64,000 bases of DNA from a virus. This document shows, piece after piece, positions 26,436 to 35,959 of the stretch. The translations under genes and the position numbers were made by a program. Every line of letters begins with the position of its first letter. Position 1 is the stretch's first letter. The stretch lies in the IMG/VR virus record IMGVR_UViG_3300045988_081419, positions 22,541 to 86,540 of that record, one strand, 5' to 3'. The notes under the pieces are model-generated. The model saw only the letters and a list, made by a program, of their open reading frames with translations, searched no databases and was not told the origin of the DNA.

Positions 26436-28502
26436 TTATAATTCAGCGTCCACGATATTATCTTCATCTTCTTCTTTCTTGCCTAAGTCACCAAAAATCT
26501 TTTCAAGGATTCCTCCTCTTTGTGGGTTGGTAACTTGTGTTGTCATTTCTTGTGTTCCGTCACTTCTGAGAATTTTAGTCTGTCTTAACACCTCAGTATT
26601 TCCATTTTCATACATCTGTTTAAGCTGACCTAAATATCTCATGGACTGGTCCATCATAGAAGAAACATTCGGGTCTGGGAGTCCTCCCTCAAGAATTTCA
26701 AACATCATGGTTCTCTGTAAACGTCCTAAAGAGAAGTCTACAATACCTTGCATAGCTTGAATAATGTCTCCCATGTCTCTTGTGTCGAACTTATCAAAAA
26801 TCTTGTTGTAAGCACAAGCAAATCCGGCTTTATATTCTGGACATTTCTGAGCCGCATAACAAGTATCACAAGCCATTTTAGGGAACTTCTTAGAGTACAT
26901 TTTCTTAGGCTTCAACACTTGTCTTTGACCTTTAAGGAAATGACCCTTTTCATCACGAATGGGTGTGATACCCTCTTCTGCAAAGATTTCATCATCTAAA
27001 GAGTCAATCTCCGGGGCAGTTCCATCTTCACTCTCCGGCAGGTACTTTGAAAGGACATTAAGGACTTCCATTTCAGTAACGTCCTCTGTCTCATACTCTT
27101 CATCAGTAATGTAGGTTTCACGTTCCTTTACTACTCTGTCAAAATTAGTGCCGAGGAGAAGAAGTTTATCACTCTCACCTAAAAGGTTCTCCTTGTAGAA
27201 CTGAATAAGGTCTGCTACCCTTTCTTCATCAGTCTGGACAATTCTATTTATCCAAAGGTCGTGTAACTCTTTAATGAGTTCCGGGGTATAAACTCTGTTG
27301 ATATAGTCTACATACTCTGGTTTATCCCAGTTCATAAAACAAGTCATATCAATAACACAGTTAAGAGCCTGTACTTTGTCCTCTTGAGACACATTAAACA
27401 TTTCAGCGTATTTCTGCCACTCTGCGTCTTGTGTTTCTGGGGAGTCTAACCATTCTGGTGTTGGGTACTGGATTGAGTCAAGGTCTGCTTCTGTTCTCTT
27501 TTCTCCTTTAGGTCTTAACCAGTACATTCTTGCCCGACACTGCTTCTGAATGTATTTTTCGGCTTCAATAAAGGCAAACACATTGACCTTAATCATTTCA
27601 GTGTTATCCTCTTCTAACAGCTTATCTTCATCAAAGCCTAAAGAAACAAGTTTCGGGAGCATATTTCCTTTCCACTTGTCTTTCTTTAGTCTTGTCATCT
27701 TCTTGCCAGTCCAATAGTTGACTTCTCCATATTGAAGACCAACAAGCCATGTAGTTGAGTCTACTGTGTAGAATGGGAGGGAGGTTAAAAGAGAAGTCTT
27801 TGTCATAGCCATTCCATGTACAACACTGTTGTACTTCTCTGCTATTCTAAGCCTTTCTCTTACAATCTTTTCTCCATTATTTGAATCAAACTCCCAAGGC
27901 ATACCAATGTAGGGATAACGCTGTGCATATTGTTCCCAAGTTCTTGCTGTTTCACCCTCATGGTAGATAAAACACACTGGAATACCAGTCTCTAGCATGA
28001 AAGGCTCAAAGTATTTCTCATTCCACTCTTGAACAATTTCCGGTTGAACATGACCCTCAATGTCAAGGTTGGCAATAGCAAAGATAATGTCTTTGTGTCT
28101 TTTAGCCCACCTTAAATATCTTTGAATCTGTTCTTCCCACTGTTCCACTGTGTACTCTGCATACTTAGAATCATTTCTGTATGTATAAGCACCAGAGTCT
28201 ACAAAGAACTTTATACCAAGACCACTAAACTTATCAACGTCCATGTGTTTATTCTGTACATACTGATAGGACACAAGGAAGTTTCTAATACCCAGTCCAT
28301 ACAGAATGTCAAAGTTTCTTTCATCTTCAACACCAGAGTACAACATATGAAAGTCCTGCTCTCTATCAACAATATCCCAGAGTGTCTTAGGTTTCTCATT
28401 CTCAGAATGGTCTTTCTGGTTCGTAATTTGACTAAATTTAGACTTTCCAATGCTTTCACTTGTATTTGTACTCTTAGCCTTTTTCAGCTTTAATTTAGGC
28501 AT
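26436..28502 (-). CDS. dpdA: DpdA-like DNA-guanine transglycosylase (TGT superfamily) with long C-terminal extension
   Basis: KFFVDSGAYTY and FYTVDSTTWL resemble the DpdA/TGT catalytic Asp motifs. It sits next to folE/queCDE. The C-terminal ~330 aa carries CDTCYAAQKCPEYKAGFAC. Assignment from recall and gene context. Confidence 0.6.
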   Translation of the reverse strand: MPKLKLKKAKSTNTSESIGKSKFSQITNQKDHSENEKPKTLWDIVDREQDFHMLYSGVEDERNFDILYGLGIRNFLVSYQYVQNKHMDVDKFSGLGIKFFVDSGAYTYRNDSKYAEYTVEQWEEQIQRYLRWAKRHKDIIFAIANLDIEGHVQPEIVQEWNEKYFEPFMLETGIPVCFIYHEGETARTWEQYAQRYPYIGMPWEFDSNNGEKIVRERLRIAEKYNSVVHGMAMTKTSLLTSLPFYTVDSTTWLVGLQYGEVNYWTGKKMTRLKKDKWKGNMLPKLVSLGFDEDKLLEEDNTEMIKVNVFAFIEAEKYIQKQCRARMYWLRPKGEKRTEADLDSIQYPTPEWLDSPETQDAEWQKYAEMFNVSQEDKVQALNCVIDMTCFMNWDKPEYVDYINRVYTPELIKELHDLWINRIVQTDEERVADLIQFYKENLLGESDKLLLLGTNFDRVVKERETYITDEEYETEDVTEMEVLNVLSKYLPESEDGTAPEIDSLDDEIFAEEGITPIRDEKGHFLKGQRQVLKPKKMYSKKFPKMACDTCYAAQKCPEYKAGFACAYNKIFDKFDTRDMGDIIQAMQGIVDFSLGRLQRTMMFEILEGGLPDPNVSSMMDQSMRYLGQLKQMYENGNTEVLRQTKILRSDGTQEMTTQVTNPQRGGILEKIFGDLGKKEEDEDNIVDAEL

Positions 28503-28507
28503 TTCAC

Positions 28508-29077
28508 TTACCCCTTTCTTCTTTCTTTAAACTCTTGATAAGAGTCCTCAAATCCGGGATTCACTCTCTTAAAATATGTGATAGTACTGCAATCACTCTC
28601 AGCACCTCTACACTTTACACATTGATGTGTTGCTTCTACCTCTACAAACAGTGCATGAGGTTCAAGCATTTCAATTAAAAACTCGCCAATCTCTGTAGTA
28701 AGTTTCTCCTGCAACTGTGGTCTTTTACTAAAGTATTTTACTACTCTAGGAAGTTTTGACAAACCAATGATGTTATCACTAGGAACATAACCAATGGTGA
28801 CTTTGCCGGAGAAAGGTAAAAAGTGGTGTTCACAAGTAGAATTAAAGTCAATGTCTCTTACAATCACCATGTCACTTCCATACTCATTAGGAAAGGTAGT
28901 CATGGTCTCCTTTAACTCTTTCATGTGTGCATCATTTACATTAGCAAATAACTCATTCACCCACATCTTAGAAATTCTAAGTGACGTATTTTTGTTGCTC
29001 TCCGTCTTTTCAATCTCAAGAATTTTCATAATTTCTTCAAGATGTTCCTTAATCTTTTCTACTTTGTTATTTATCAT
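28508..29077 (-). CDS. folE: GTP cyclohydrolase I
   Basis: CEHHFLPFSGKVTIGYVP and HQCVKCRG zinc/active-site motifs. Confidence 0.85.
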   Translation of the reverse strand: MINNKVEKIKEHLEEIMKILEIEKTESNKNTSLRISKMWVNELFANVNDAHMKELKETMTTFPNEYGSDMVIVRDIDFNSTCEHHFLPFSGKVTIGYVPSDNIIGLSKLPRVVKYFSKRPQLQEKLTTEIGEFLIEMLEPHALFVEVEATHQCVKCRGAESDCSTITYFKRVNPGFEDSYQEFKERRKG

Positions 29078-29116
29078 AGTAAGTACCTCCTTTATCTTGT
29101 TACTCCATTATAACAC

Positions 29117-29146
29117 AAAAAAGCCCTCGGTCAATAACCGAGAGCC
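29117..29146 (-). terminator. Rho-independent terminator (usable in both directions)
   Basis: Minus strand GCTCTCGG-TTATTGA-CCGAGGGC followed by UUUUUU. Confidence 0.7.
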
Positions 29147-29171
29147 TTTTCGTCTTTTAGGAAGAGTAGGA

Positions 29172-29324
29172 TTAACGTCCTCTCACACGATTTGCAACAT
29201 TCTGGATACCATTACGAACAGCTCGTCCTGCTCTTTGAAGAATGTTACCACCTCTGTTGCCACCTCTCTGAGAGTTACCGCCACCTCTTGCTCCTCTACT
29301 GGAACCTGCGTATGCTTTCATCAT
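29172..29324 (-). CDS. Gly/Arg-rich 50-aa peptide
   Basis: Below the ORF-track cutoff. SD GGAGGA, then MMKAYAGSSRGARGGGNSQRGGNRGGNILQRAGRAVRNGIQNVANRVRGR, followed directly by a strong terminator. Confidence 0.45.
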   Translation of the reverse strand: MMKAYAGSSRGARGGGNSQRGGNRGGNILQRAGRAVRNGIQNVANRVRGR

Positions 29325-29449
29325 AGCTGTGTCCTCCTTTTTCGTATATTTGGTTAAGGGGTGTCATCATAATAGGGGAATATACTAAACGCCTATCAGA
29401 GTACAGTTGGCTTAACCTGTATATAATATACCAAAACACATATAGGAAG

Positions 29450-30064
29450 TCAATAGGTTTCACCATAAATTTCTTCCAGTGCTTTACAGTCTGGACACCT
29501 TTTACATGGCAGGACTCCTAACACTGGCTCATTACAAGAGAAAAAGTCTTTCGGGGTAATATTGTGTTTTAAAGCAATCTCTTTAAAATCCCACTTATCC
29601 ACGTCAATGAAAGGTGTTTTAATCTCAATATGGCTGTCCTTTAAGACTGTTTCAAGTGCATTAAAGAACTCACCTTTACAATCAATGTATTCGTGTCCGT
29701 CAAAAGATTTGATAACTGCTACATAAATCACTGTACTACCAATACTCTGAGCCAAAGAAGAAGCATAGGACATGAAAATAAGATTGCGGTACTCAAGGTA
29801 CTGTTCATCACCATATTCATTAGAGGTCTTTCTACCATACAGTGTACTCTGAGACCACTTAATAGGTTTGAGTTTCACTACATGGTTTATCATATTCAAC
29901 TTCTTACACACCCTCTTAGCCCGATTTGTTTCCATAAGATGGTTTCTGTTTCCATATTCAAAATGGAGGGAGTGAATTTCTGCGTCTGGGTTATTATCCC
30001 TAACCCAGTGACACAGACACACACTGTCAAAACCTCCGCTGTTCAGTACTACAATCTTTTTCAT
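29450..30064 (-). CDS. queC: 7-cyano-7-deazaguanine synthase
   Basis: PP-loop VVLNSGGFDS and a C-terminal Zn cluster CNEP...CKRCPDC. Confidence 0.85.
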   Translation of the reverse strand: MKKIVVLNSGGFDSVCLCHWVRDNNPDAEIHSLHFEYGNRNHLMETNRAKRVCKKLNMINHVVKLKPIKWSQSTLYGRKTSNEYGDEQYLEYRNLIFMSYASSLAQSIGSTVIYVAVIKSFDGHEYIDCKGEFFNALETVLKDSHIEIKTPFIDVDKWDFKEIALKHNITPKDFFSCNEPVLGVLPCKRCPDCKALEEIYGETY

Positions 30065-30075
30065 GTGTGTACCTC

Positions 30076-30402
30076 CTAGCGTCTAAAAATATCCGGCACA
30101 TCAGATGGGAGAGCATTTCTTGTAGGTCTTGCCTTATTCTCTGTAGAGTGGTATAAAGGTTGACCCACACTTCTCTGCTGTCTCTCTTCTGTCTTAGGTG
30201 TTTTAGCAGGTCTTCTTCCGGCTACTTTGTTAAGTCCATTGAGTCTTGCTGTCTCTTCTTCTAAGATTTCTTTTGCACCAAGTTTTGCTCCGTCATATCT
30301 GTCTTTGTCTGCTTTAATCTCTTCTGCCCTTGCAAGTGTTCTTGCGTCATCACGTCTCTGCCATCTTGCTTCTTCTGGGTCAATAGGTCTTCTATTCATC
30401 AT
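30076..30402 (-). CDS. Hypothetical basic protein
   Basis: 108 aa, R/K/E-rich. Start coupled to the upstream mini-ORF (TAATG). Confidence 0.5.
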   Translation of the reverse strand: MMNRRPIDPEEARWQRRDDARTLARAEEIKADKDRYDGAKLGAKEILEEETARLNGLNKVAGRRPAKTPKTEERQQRSVGQPLYHSTENKARPTRNALPSDVPDIFRR

Positions 30403-30470
30403 TACTTTTTACCTCCTTTTTTGCTACCTTTCTTAGTACTCTTACTACCTTTTTTAGTTCCACAAGCCAT
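30402..30470 (-). CDS. Possible 22-aa Lys-rich mini-ORF
   Basis: MACGTKKGSKSTKKGSKKGGKK. TAATG overlaps at both ends and SD GGAGGTG upstream. It could equally be only an SD-bearing spacer. Confidence 0.3.
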   Translation of the reverse strand: MACGTKKGSKSTKKGSKKGGKK

Positions 30471-30664
30471 TATGTGTCACCTCCTACATCTAAAAGCTGA
30501 CCTGTCTCAATCACACCACCTTGTTTCTGGCAGTTAGGACATTTAAGGTCTTTTAAAAGGGTTTCCACTGGTCTAACAGAAATCCATCTGTGAACACAGT
30601 GAACACAGAGGACTTCTGATACCATGTGAGGTTTGTTTGCGTCAATATCAACAACCTTTGACAT
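30470..30664 (-). CDS. Zinc-ribbon protein
   Basis: CVHCVH...CPNC, 64 aa. Confidence 0.5.
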   Translation of the reverse strand: MSKVVDIDANKPHMVSEVLCVHCVHRWISVRPVETLLKDLKCPNCQKQGGVIETGQLLDVGGDT

Positions 30665-31315
30665 TTACTGTACCTCCAAAATCTTATGCAACTGAATCTG
30701 GACTCTGACGTTTAAATGGTCTTCAAGAATCCACTCAACAAGTTCTTTTCCAATGTAGGCTTTTCCATTCGGGTCAAACATAGGACTGACAAGAATACTT
30801 GCAGAAGTAGGGTACTTTTTCATAACCCCTTTCATAAACTCATAATCTTCTCTGTCCTTGATAACATACTTAACCTCGTCATTGTTTTGCAATTTTAAAA
30901 GGTTCTCATAAATGTTTTTGTGCTTTACTCCACTGGACGGACCTTTAATGTCCATCACATATTTGTAACTTCTTCTGTAACTAGGTTCTTCCAAAGGAAC
31001 ACAACCACTTGTCTCAATAGACACATTAAATCCGAGGGATTGTAACTCATATACCAGTGGAAGTGCTTCTTCATGGATAAGTGGCTCACCACCTGTCAGA
31101 CAAATGTTCTTACACCACTTATAGTCTTTAAGGACTGCTTGAACTAAGTTACCTACAGAAATTCTTTTTCTGTCCTCTTTCTTTTGGGGTTGGTCGCAAT
31201 AGGAACAACCTACTGGACAGCCAAACAAACGAATAAAGACACAAGGGAGACCAGTATCACTTGATTCTCCCTGTATGCTACAAAAGATTTCATCATAGTA
31301 TAACATAGTCTCCAC
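30665..31315 (-). CDS. queE: 7-carboxy-7-deazaguanine synthase (radical SAM)
   Basis: FIRLFGCPVGCSYCD radical-SAM cluster motif, with size and context matching QueE. Confidence 0.8.
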   Translation of the reverse strand: METMLYYDEIFCSIQGESSDTGLPCVFIRLFGCPVGCSYCDQPQKKEDRKRISVGNLVQAVLKDYKWCKNICLTGGEPLIHEEALPLVYELQSLGFNVSIETSGCVPLEEPSYRRSYKYVMDIKGPSSGVKHKNIYENLLKLQNNDEVKYVIKDREDYEFMKGVMKKYPTSASILVSPMFDPNGKAYIGKELVEWILEDHLNVRVQIQLHKILEVQ

Positions 31316-31319
31316 CTCC

Positions 31320-31724
31320 TTATGTCGCAGGTTGCAGAATATTTCTTAAACTCTCATAGCTTGGAATGTATTCTGCATAACTGTCTTCTGTCTCCCACAA
31401 TTTCACGCTTACAAGATAAACATTATCCGGGAGGTTTTGCATAATTGTTTTTCCAATGTCAACCACCATAATTTCTGCGGTAGGGTTAGGGTAATGGTTA
31501 TTTAAGTCCTCATGGTCTAATTTATCAACCACATAGTCTTTGACAATCTTCTTGAGGTCTTTAAAATCCATAATCATTCCTTGCTTCGGACCATCTTTAA
31601 TGATGGAACCTCCTACTGTAACATCAAGTTTGTAGGAGTGTCCATGAAGATTGTGGCAAGCACCCTTATAATGAGGTAAGTGGTGACACGCTTCAAATCC
31701 AAAGTGTTTTGTAATTGTAAGCAT
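31320..31724 (-). CDS. queD: 6-carboxy-5,6,7,8-tetrahydropterin synthase
   Basis: CHHLPHYKGACHNLHGHSY zinc/catalytic motif, 134 aa. Confidence 0.85.
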   Translation of the reverse strand: MLTITKHFGFEACHHLPHYKGACHNLHGHSYKLDVTVGGSIIKDGPKQGMIMDFKDLKKIVKDYVVDKLDHEDLNNHYPNPTAEIMVVDIGKTIMQNLPDNVYLVSVKLWETEDSYAEYIPSYESLRNILQPAT

Positions 31725-31726
31725 AA

Positions 31727-31984
31727 CTACACCTCCTCTAAATCAATACCCTCAACTTCTGCTCTAACTTCAAGGGTTCTAAGGTAATTACCCATATAGC
31801 CTTTCTGCTCTTTCAGCAATTCAAGACTACATTTAGGGGTAAAGTTAAGTGTTCCTGCTTCGTATCTGATAGTCATTTTATGAAGTTTGTCGTACCTCAT
31901 TTTAGTCTGCCAGTACTCAGCTTTAAATCTGTCTACATAGTTATCACTATACATAAGTTTAGTAATTCTGTTTAAATCTACCAT
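31727..31984 (-). CDS. Hypothetical protein
   Basis: 85-aa ORF. Confidence 0.5.
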   Translation of the reverse strand: MVDLNRITKLMYSDNYVDRFKAEYWQTKMRYDKLHKMTIRYEAGTLNFTPKCSLELLKEQKGYMGNYLRTLEVRAEVEGIDLEEV

Positions 31985-31996
31985 AATAAATCCTCC

Positions 31997-32272
31997 TTAA
32001 TCTACTACGATTCTTGCAATCATAACTGTTTTGTCTCCATCTACATCAGCAGTGTCATACCCCGGTCTGATATAGAGAATCTTACCTTTCTGTGCAAAGA
32101 TACTACTAGCAGTAGCAACAGCCTTAAACATCTGGTTTACACTAGACGCTCCAATGGCTCTTAACTCAATGTTATGATAACCTGCTTCGTAGGTCTTTAC
32201 AATACTTCCGGCAGTCTGTCTTGTTGGGGAAGAGCCGGAAACTTTAAGGACTTTTACTTCTTCTCTAGCCAC
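31997..32272 (-). CDS. spoVS: SpoVS-like protein
   Basis: LKVSGSSPTRQTAGSIV...ELRAIGASSVNQMFKAVATA...MIARIVV aligns by eye with Bacillus SpoVS. Confidence 0.65.
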   Translation of the reverse strand: MAREEVKVLKVSGSSPTRQTAGSIVKTYEAGYHNIELRAIGASSVNQMFKAVATASSIFAQKGKILYIRPGYDTADVDGDKTVMIARIVVD

Positions 32273-32289
32273 GATTATTACCTCCTTTT

Positions 32290-32835
32290 CTACAACTTTA
32301 CTGCATACTGGTTATCAGAAGCAAGGGTAACACCTAACACTTCATCAAACCTGTTTGGTCTATCTGGAATGTATCTACCATACTTGATAACTACATTTTC
32401 CAACTTCTTTAACACCTCTAAAGTGTCTTTGCTTATTTCTTCTGGATAGTACCCAGTGTAGATAACAAAGTCATTTTTAACTCCTCTGTCTCTAAAGTAG
32501 TGAATAAGCTGTACTACTTCATCAGCCTGTAAAAATGGTTCAAGACCACCTATTACAATAGCTTCACTTAAAAGTGAGTTCTGGAACATTTTGAAAATGT
32601 TCTCATAGTCAACAATAATATCCTCTTGAGAATTAACCCCAGAATTTTGACAAGTACTGCAAGGAAGATTTACTTCCCTACAGCACTTAAAATCACAAGT
32701 AGAAACACCTATGAACATGGAGCATTTCTTGTAATCTTGAAACACCTCTGATTTAATATCTTTCACTTTGATACTGGCATAGAAGACATTATCACTTAAC
32801 TTACCCACATTAGAATAAGTCATCATTGAGGTCAT
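32290..32835 (-). CDS. nrdG: Anaerobic ribonucleotide reductase activating protein (radical SAM)
   Basis: Cys cluster CDFKCC..CSTC, located immediately downstream of nrdD. Confidence 0.65.
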   Translation of the reverse strand: MTSMMTYSNVGKLSDNVFYASIKVKDIKSEVFQDYKKCSMFIGVSTCDFKCCREVNLPCSTCQNSGVNSQEDIIVDYENIFKMFQNSLLSEAIVIGGLEPFLQADEVVQLIHYFRDRGVKNDFVIYTGYYPEEISKDTLEVLKKLENVVIKYGRYIPDRPNRFDEVLGVTLASDNQYAVKL

Positions 32836-34789
32836 AGAAATATCTCCTCCCAGATTCCTTTTTACGAGCGTCAGAGTAAGAACTTCTTGGTGTGAGGAAT
32901 CCTACAATTCTCATAACTTCATCTGATTTAGGTTCTCCACACTGAGGACACACATCACCAAAGAATCCATGTCCATTCTTACATACACTGATAATCTTAT
33001 TAAAGGCAAAGTAGATAACTCCTTGTGCAACAATCTTATTCAGAATAGACCATGCTTGCTGTTCATCTACAAAATCTCCACTGATATTAACGTGCATGAT
33101 TTGTCCACCACCACATTTCTTATCAAGGATAGACCCCAGACGAATCTTCTCACTGATAGAACACTGTTCATCAAGAGGAATCCACTGGTTTCCATAGAGA
33201 TTAGCGTTAGTCACTTGGTCTCCGTAAATAAGTCTGTCTTTTGTTAAAAGAATGACTGCACACCTCTCTGCCGGAACTGCTTCAATGTTGATAGAATAGT
33301 CAAACCCATAAGAGTCTTTTTGCTCATTGATAAAATCAAGAATCTTGCAGGAGAAGTAATCTCCATATTCATTATAGCTGATATTACCTAAAGAGTCAGT
33401 CTGTGTTCCATTCATGTGTCTCACAGCTTCAAACATACCATTGATACCAATAGTGTTGTACTGGTTCTTTAATTCAATCAGCTTGTAGGTGTAGTTAGGA
33501 AGAATACCTTTCTCCACATTTCTCTGAATAATGTGTCTGATTCTGTCCAGTGCTTTTACACAAGTATCTACTCTCTCCTTGAGTATCTCAAAGTACTTCT
33601 CCTCGTCTCCATTTGCTTCTAAAGCAATTCGGGCAAGGTTGATAGTGTTTACTTTTACTGACCCGATTTTTAACTGTGTTCCACCAATGGAGTTAATAAA
33701 TCCAGTCAGCTTAGAGAAGTCATTTACCAGTCTACAACAAGAACTCAGTGAGGTTACATTCACATCACTAAAGAAGTTGCTGTCAGCCCAGAGCATATTG
33801 TGTTTACTACACCTCTTTGCATACTCTTCATCTTCAAAGACACTGTAATCCCAGTCACCTACTCTGCTCATGTCAATGTCCTTTTTCTTTAACAGAGAGA
33901 AAGTAAGTACCGGGAAAGTAAACATGGTCTTGCTTCGTGTTCTTGATACTTCCTCAAGGAAAGCAATCTGGTAGTCCAAAATGTCATCAATGTAATCAAT
34001 GACCCATGTACCATCTGGGAACTGCCTGTCACCAAACATTTCTGTGAGATAGTATCTGTCCATAATTGTGAAGTTAGTAAATGCACTCTGATTTACCCGG
34101 AGATATGGTTGGTTAAGACCATAAATAATCTCTTGGAATCCTTGGTCTCTGTAGTACTCTGGACTCTTCAAGAAATAGTTGTTTTCTACATCATGTTTCC
34201 AGAAATAGAAGTGATAAATCAAAAAGTCTGGAAGACCACAAGCACCACTTGTTCTGTTGGAAGTCCATGACACAAACTCCAAAACGTCTCTGGTGTAGGT
34301 TAAAAGATGTTTAGGTGCTTCTGACTTAAAATCCGTTACAAAGTAAAGACCTCTGTTCACTAAGTCTTCCAGTGTGTAAGCGAAACAATAAGGTTTAAAA
34401 GAAGCGGAATATGAATCATGTAAATAAGAAGCACCATTCCACTCTTCTTCTAACCATCTGTCTGCTGTCTCAACACCATACTTTTTGTAAATCTCATAGT
34501 AGATTTTATGGAGTGATAACAGCTTTTTGTGTGGCTTATCCATTTCAGTGTCCATAGAACAAATGTCTTTTACAGAAGCATTGGCATTACCATCAATGGT
34601 AACATCTGCTAATGTGTTATCCTGCGTAAAATTGCTGATAAATGTAGTGAAGTTTAAATTGTCTTCATGTAACCCATTCAGTCTGCTAAACTCTTCCGGG
34701 TATTTATTGTAGAGACTCTGCATTTTCTCCACAAAAGGACTAAACAACTTCACGTTAATAGGAAACAATGATGTGTCCTGTTCTCTCAT
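32810..34789 (-). CDS. nrdD: Anaerobic (class III) ribonucleoside-triphosphate reductase
   Basis: C-terminal glycyl-radical motif RIVGFLTP, preceded by the Zn ribbon CKNGH...CPQCG. 659 aa. Confidence 0.8.
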   Translation of the reverse strand: MREQDTSLFPINVKLFSPFVEKMQSLYNKYPEEFSRLNGLHEDNLNFTTFISNFTQDNTLADVTIDGNANASVKDICSMDTEMDKPHKKLLSLHKIYYEIYKKYGVETADRWLEEEWNGASYLHDSYSASFKPYCFAYTLEDLVNRGLYFVTDFKSEAPKHLLTYTRDVLEFVSWTSNRTSGACGLPDFLIYHFYFWKHDVENNYFLKSPEYYRDQGFQEIIYGLNQPYLRVNQSAFTNFTIMDRYYLTEMFGDRQFPDGTWVIDYIDDILDYQIAFLEEVSRTRSKTMFTFPVLTFSLLKKKDIDMSRVGDWDYSVFEDEEYAKRCSKHNMLWADSNFFSDVNVTSLSSCCRLVNDFSKLTGFINSIGGTQLKIGSVKVNTINLARIALEANGDEEKYFEILKERVDTCVKALDRIRHIIQRNVEKGILPNYTYKLIELKNQYNTIGINGMFEAVRHMNGTQTDSLGNISYNEYGDYFSCKILDFINEQKDSYGFDYSINIEAVPAERCAVILLTKDRLIYGDQVTNANLYGNQWIPLDEQCSISEKIRLGSILDKKCGGGQIMHVNISGDFVDEQQAWSILNKIVAQGVIYFAFNKIISVCKNGHGFFGDVCPQCGEPKSDEVMRIVGFLTPRSSYSDARKKESGRRYFYDLNDDLF

Positions 34790-35010
34790 ACCTCTTCCTC
34801 CACTCTCGCTGATATTTCATTTACTTTATTGATTGCTACAGAAAAGTTCATAAGTTCTCCGTCAACAGATAACATAGGTGCTGACATGATACCTAACTCT
34901 TTCATGGTGTCAAGGTCAGTCACCTCTTCATAAGGAATACCCATTGATTGAAGTTTGTTCTCTAAGACCTTACATCTGGGGCAATGTGTACTGTAAAGAA
35001 TAACTTTCAT
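34786..35010 (-). CDS. Glutaredoxin/NrdH-like redoxin
   Basis: N-terminal YSTHCPRCKVL (CPxC), 74 aa, upstream of nrdD. Confidence 0.65.
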   Translation of the reverse strand: MKVILYSTHCPRCKVLENKLQSMGIPYEEVTDLDTMKELGIMSAPMLSVDGELMNFSVAINKVNEISARVEEEV

Positions 35011-35013
35011 AAA

Positions 35014-35391
35014 CTATACCTCTTTTCTTCTTGGTTTAATTACTTTAGAAACAAGGTCTTCCACAAGGACATAGCCAAAATTTCTACTGTCATAACTATC
35101 TGGTGCATTATCCCCTAAAAAGAAGATAGACTGCACTTTTCCGTCCTTATCTCTAAATACTTCACTGACTCTTTTTATCAAGAGTCTTTCTTTATCATAG
35201 GGTTGTTTAAACACCATTATGTCTCCCGGCTTGATGTTATCTACTTTATAAATTCTTCTGGAAAGTACGACTTCACCATTAAGATATGTAGGTAACATAC
35301 TGCAACCACACACTTCAACAAGCGGAAAGAAATAGTGGAGAATTACAATAACCACTACAATAAAGAAAAGCCACTTCAAAATTGTTATCAT
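35014..35391 (-). CDS. Signal peptidase I-like (S26) protein
   Basis: N-terminal TM helix, CSMLPT (Ser box), LIKRV (Lys box) and GDNAPDSYDSRNFG. Confidence 0.65.
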   Translation of the reverse strand: MITILKWLFFIVVVIVILHYFFPLVEVCGCSMLPTYLNGEVVLSRRIYKVDNIKPGDIMVFKQPYDKERLLIKRVSEVFRDKDGKVQSIFFLGDNAPDSYDSRNFGYVLVEDLVSKVIKPRRKEV

Positions 35392-35837
35392 TTCTTAAAC
35401 ACCCTCTTTCCAACTACTTTGTCTTTTGGAACGATATTTAAGAAGTCTTCTAACCTTAAAGTGACGTAATCATTTGATGTATTATGTTCATGGAAAATAA
35501 CAATAGGGAGTCTACCCTCTGGACAGTCACTTTCAGCTTGTTTCAGCCACTTAGGAAGAGACCATTTCTGTTGATTCTTACATTCAATGTGGAGTAACAA
35601 CATCTGCTTTGTGTCCACTATCGTAATGTCTCCTCTGTAGTCATCTGCCTTATCAGACTTCTTTGCAAAACCACCAGACTGAGGTGTGCGTTTTAACTCA
35701 ACACCATACTTGTCTTGGAATTTCTTTGCAATTACACGCTCATACTGACCACCTTTTCTTTTGGCATTTCTACCTTGTCTTGAAAGTTGCTCCTGCTTTG
35801 TCATTTGACCTTGTTCTACTTTTTTCTTTAATTTCAT
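35388..35837 (-). CDS. PD-(D/E)XK nuclease (Holliday-junction-resolvase-like)
   Basis: G..YER...GD(ITIVD)...HIECK pattern. Paralogous to the 42977-43456 gene. Confidence 0.5.
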   Translation of the reverse strand: MKLKKKVEQGQMTKQEQLSRQGRNAKRKGGQYERVIAKKFQDKYGVELKRTPQSGGFAKKSDKADDYRGDITIVDTKQMLLLHIECKNQQKWSLPKWLKQAESDCPEGRLPIVIFHEHNTSNDYVTLRLEDFLNIVPKDKVVGKRVFKK

Positions 35838-35959
35838 CTTTACATACTCCTTTACTGCTATGATATTTACTGCAAAAATGCTGTAACCTTAGTATAGTCC
35901 AAAGCACAATTTTAGTCAACAATAAAAAACAGGGCAGAAAACTCTGCCCTATCTCTTAC

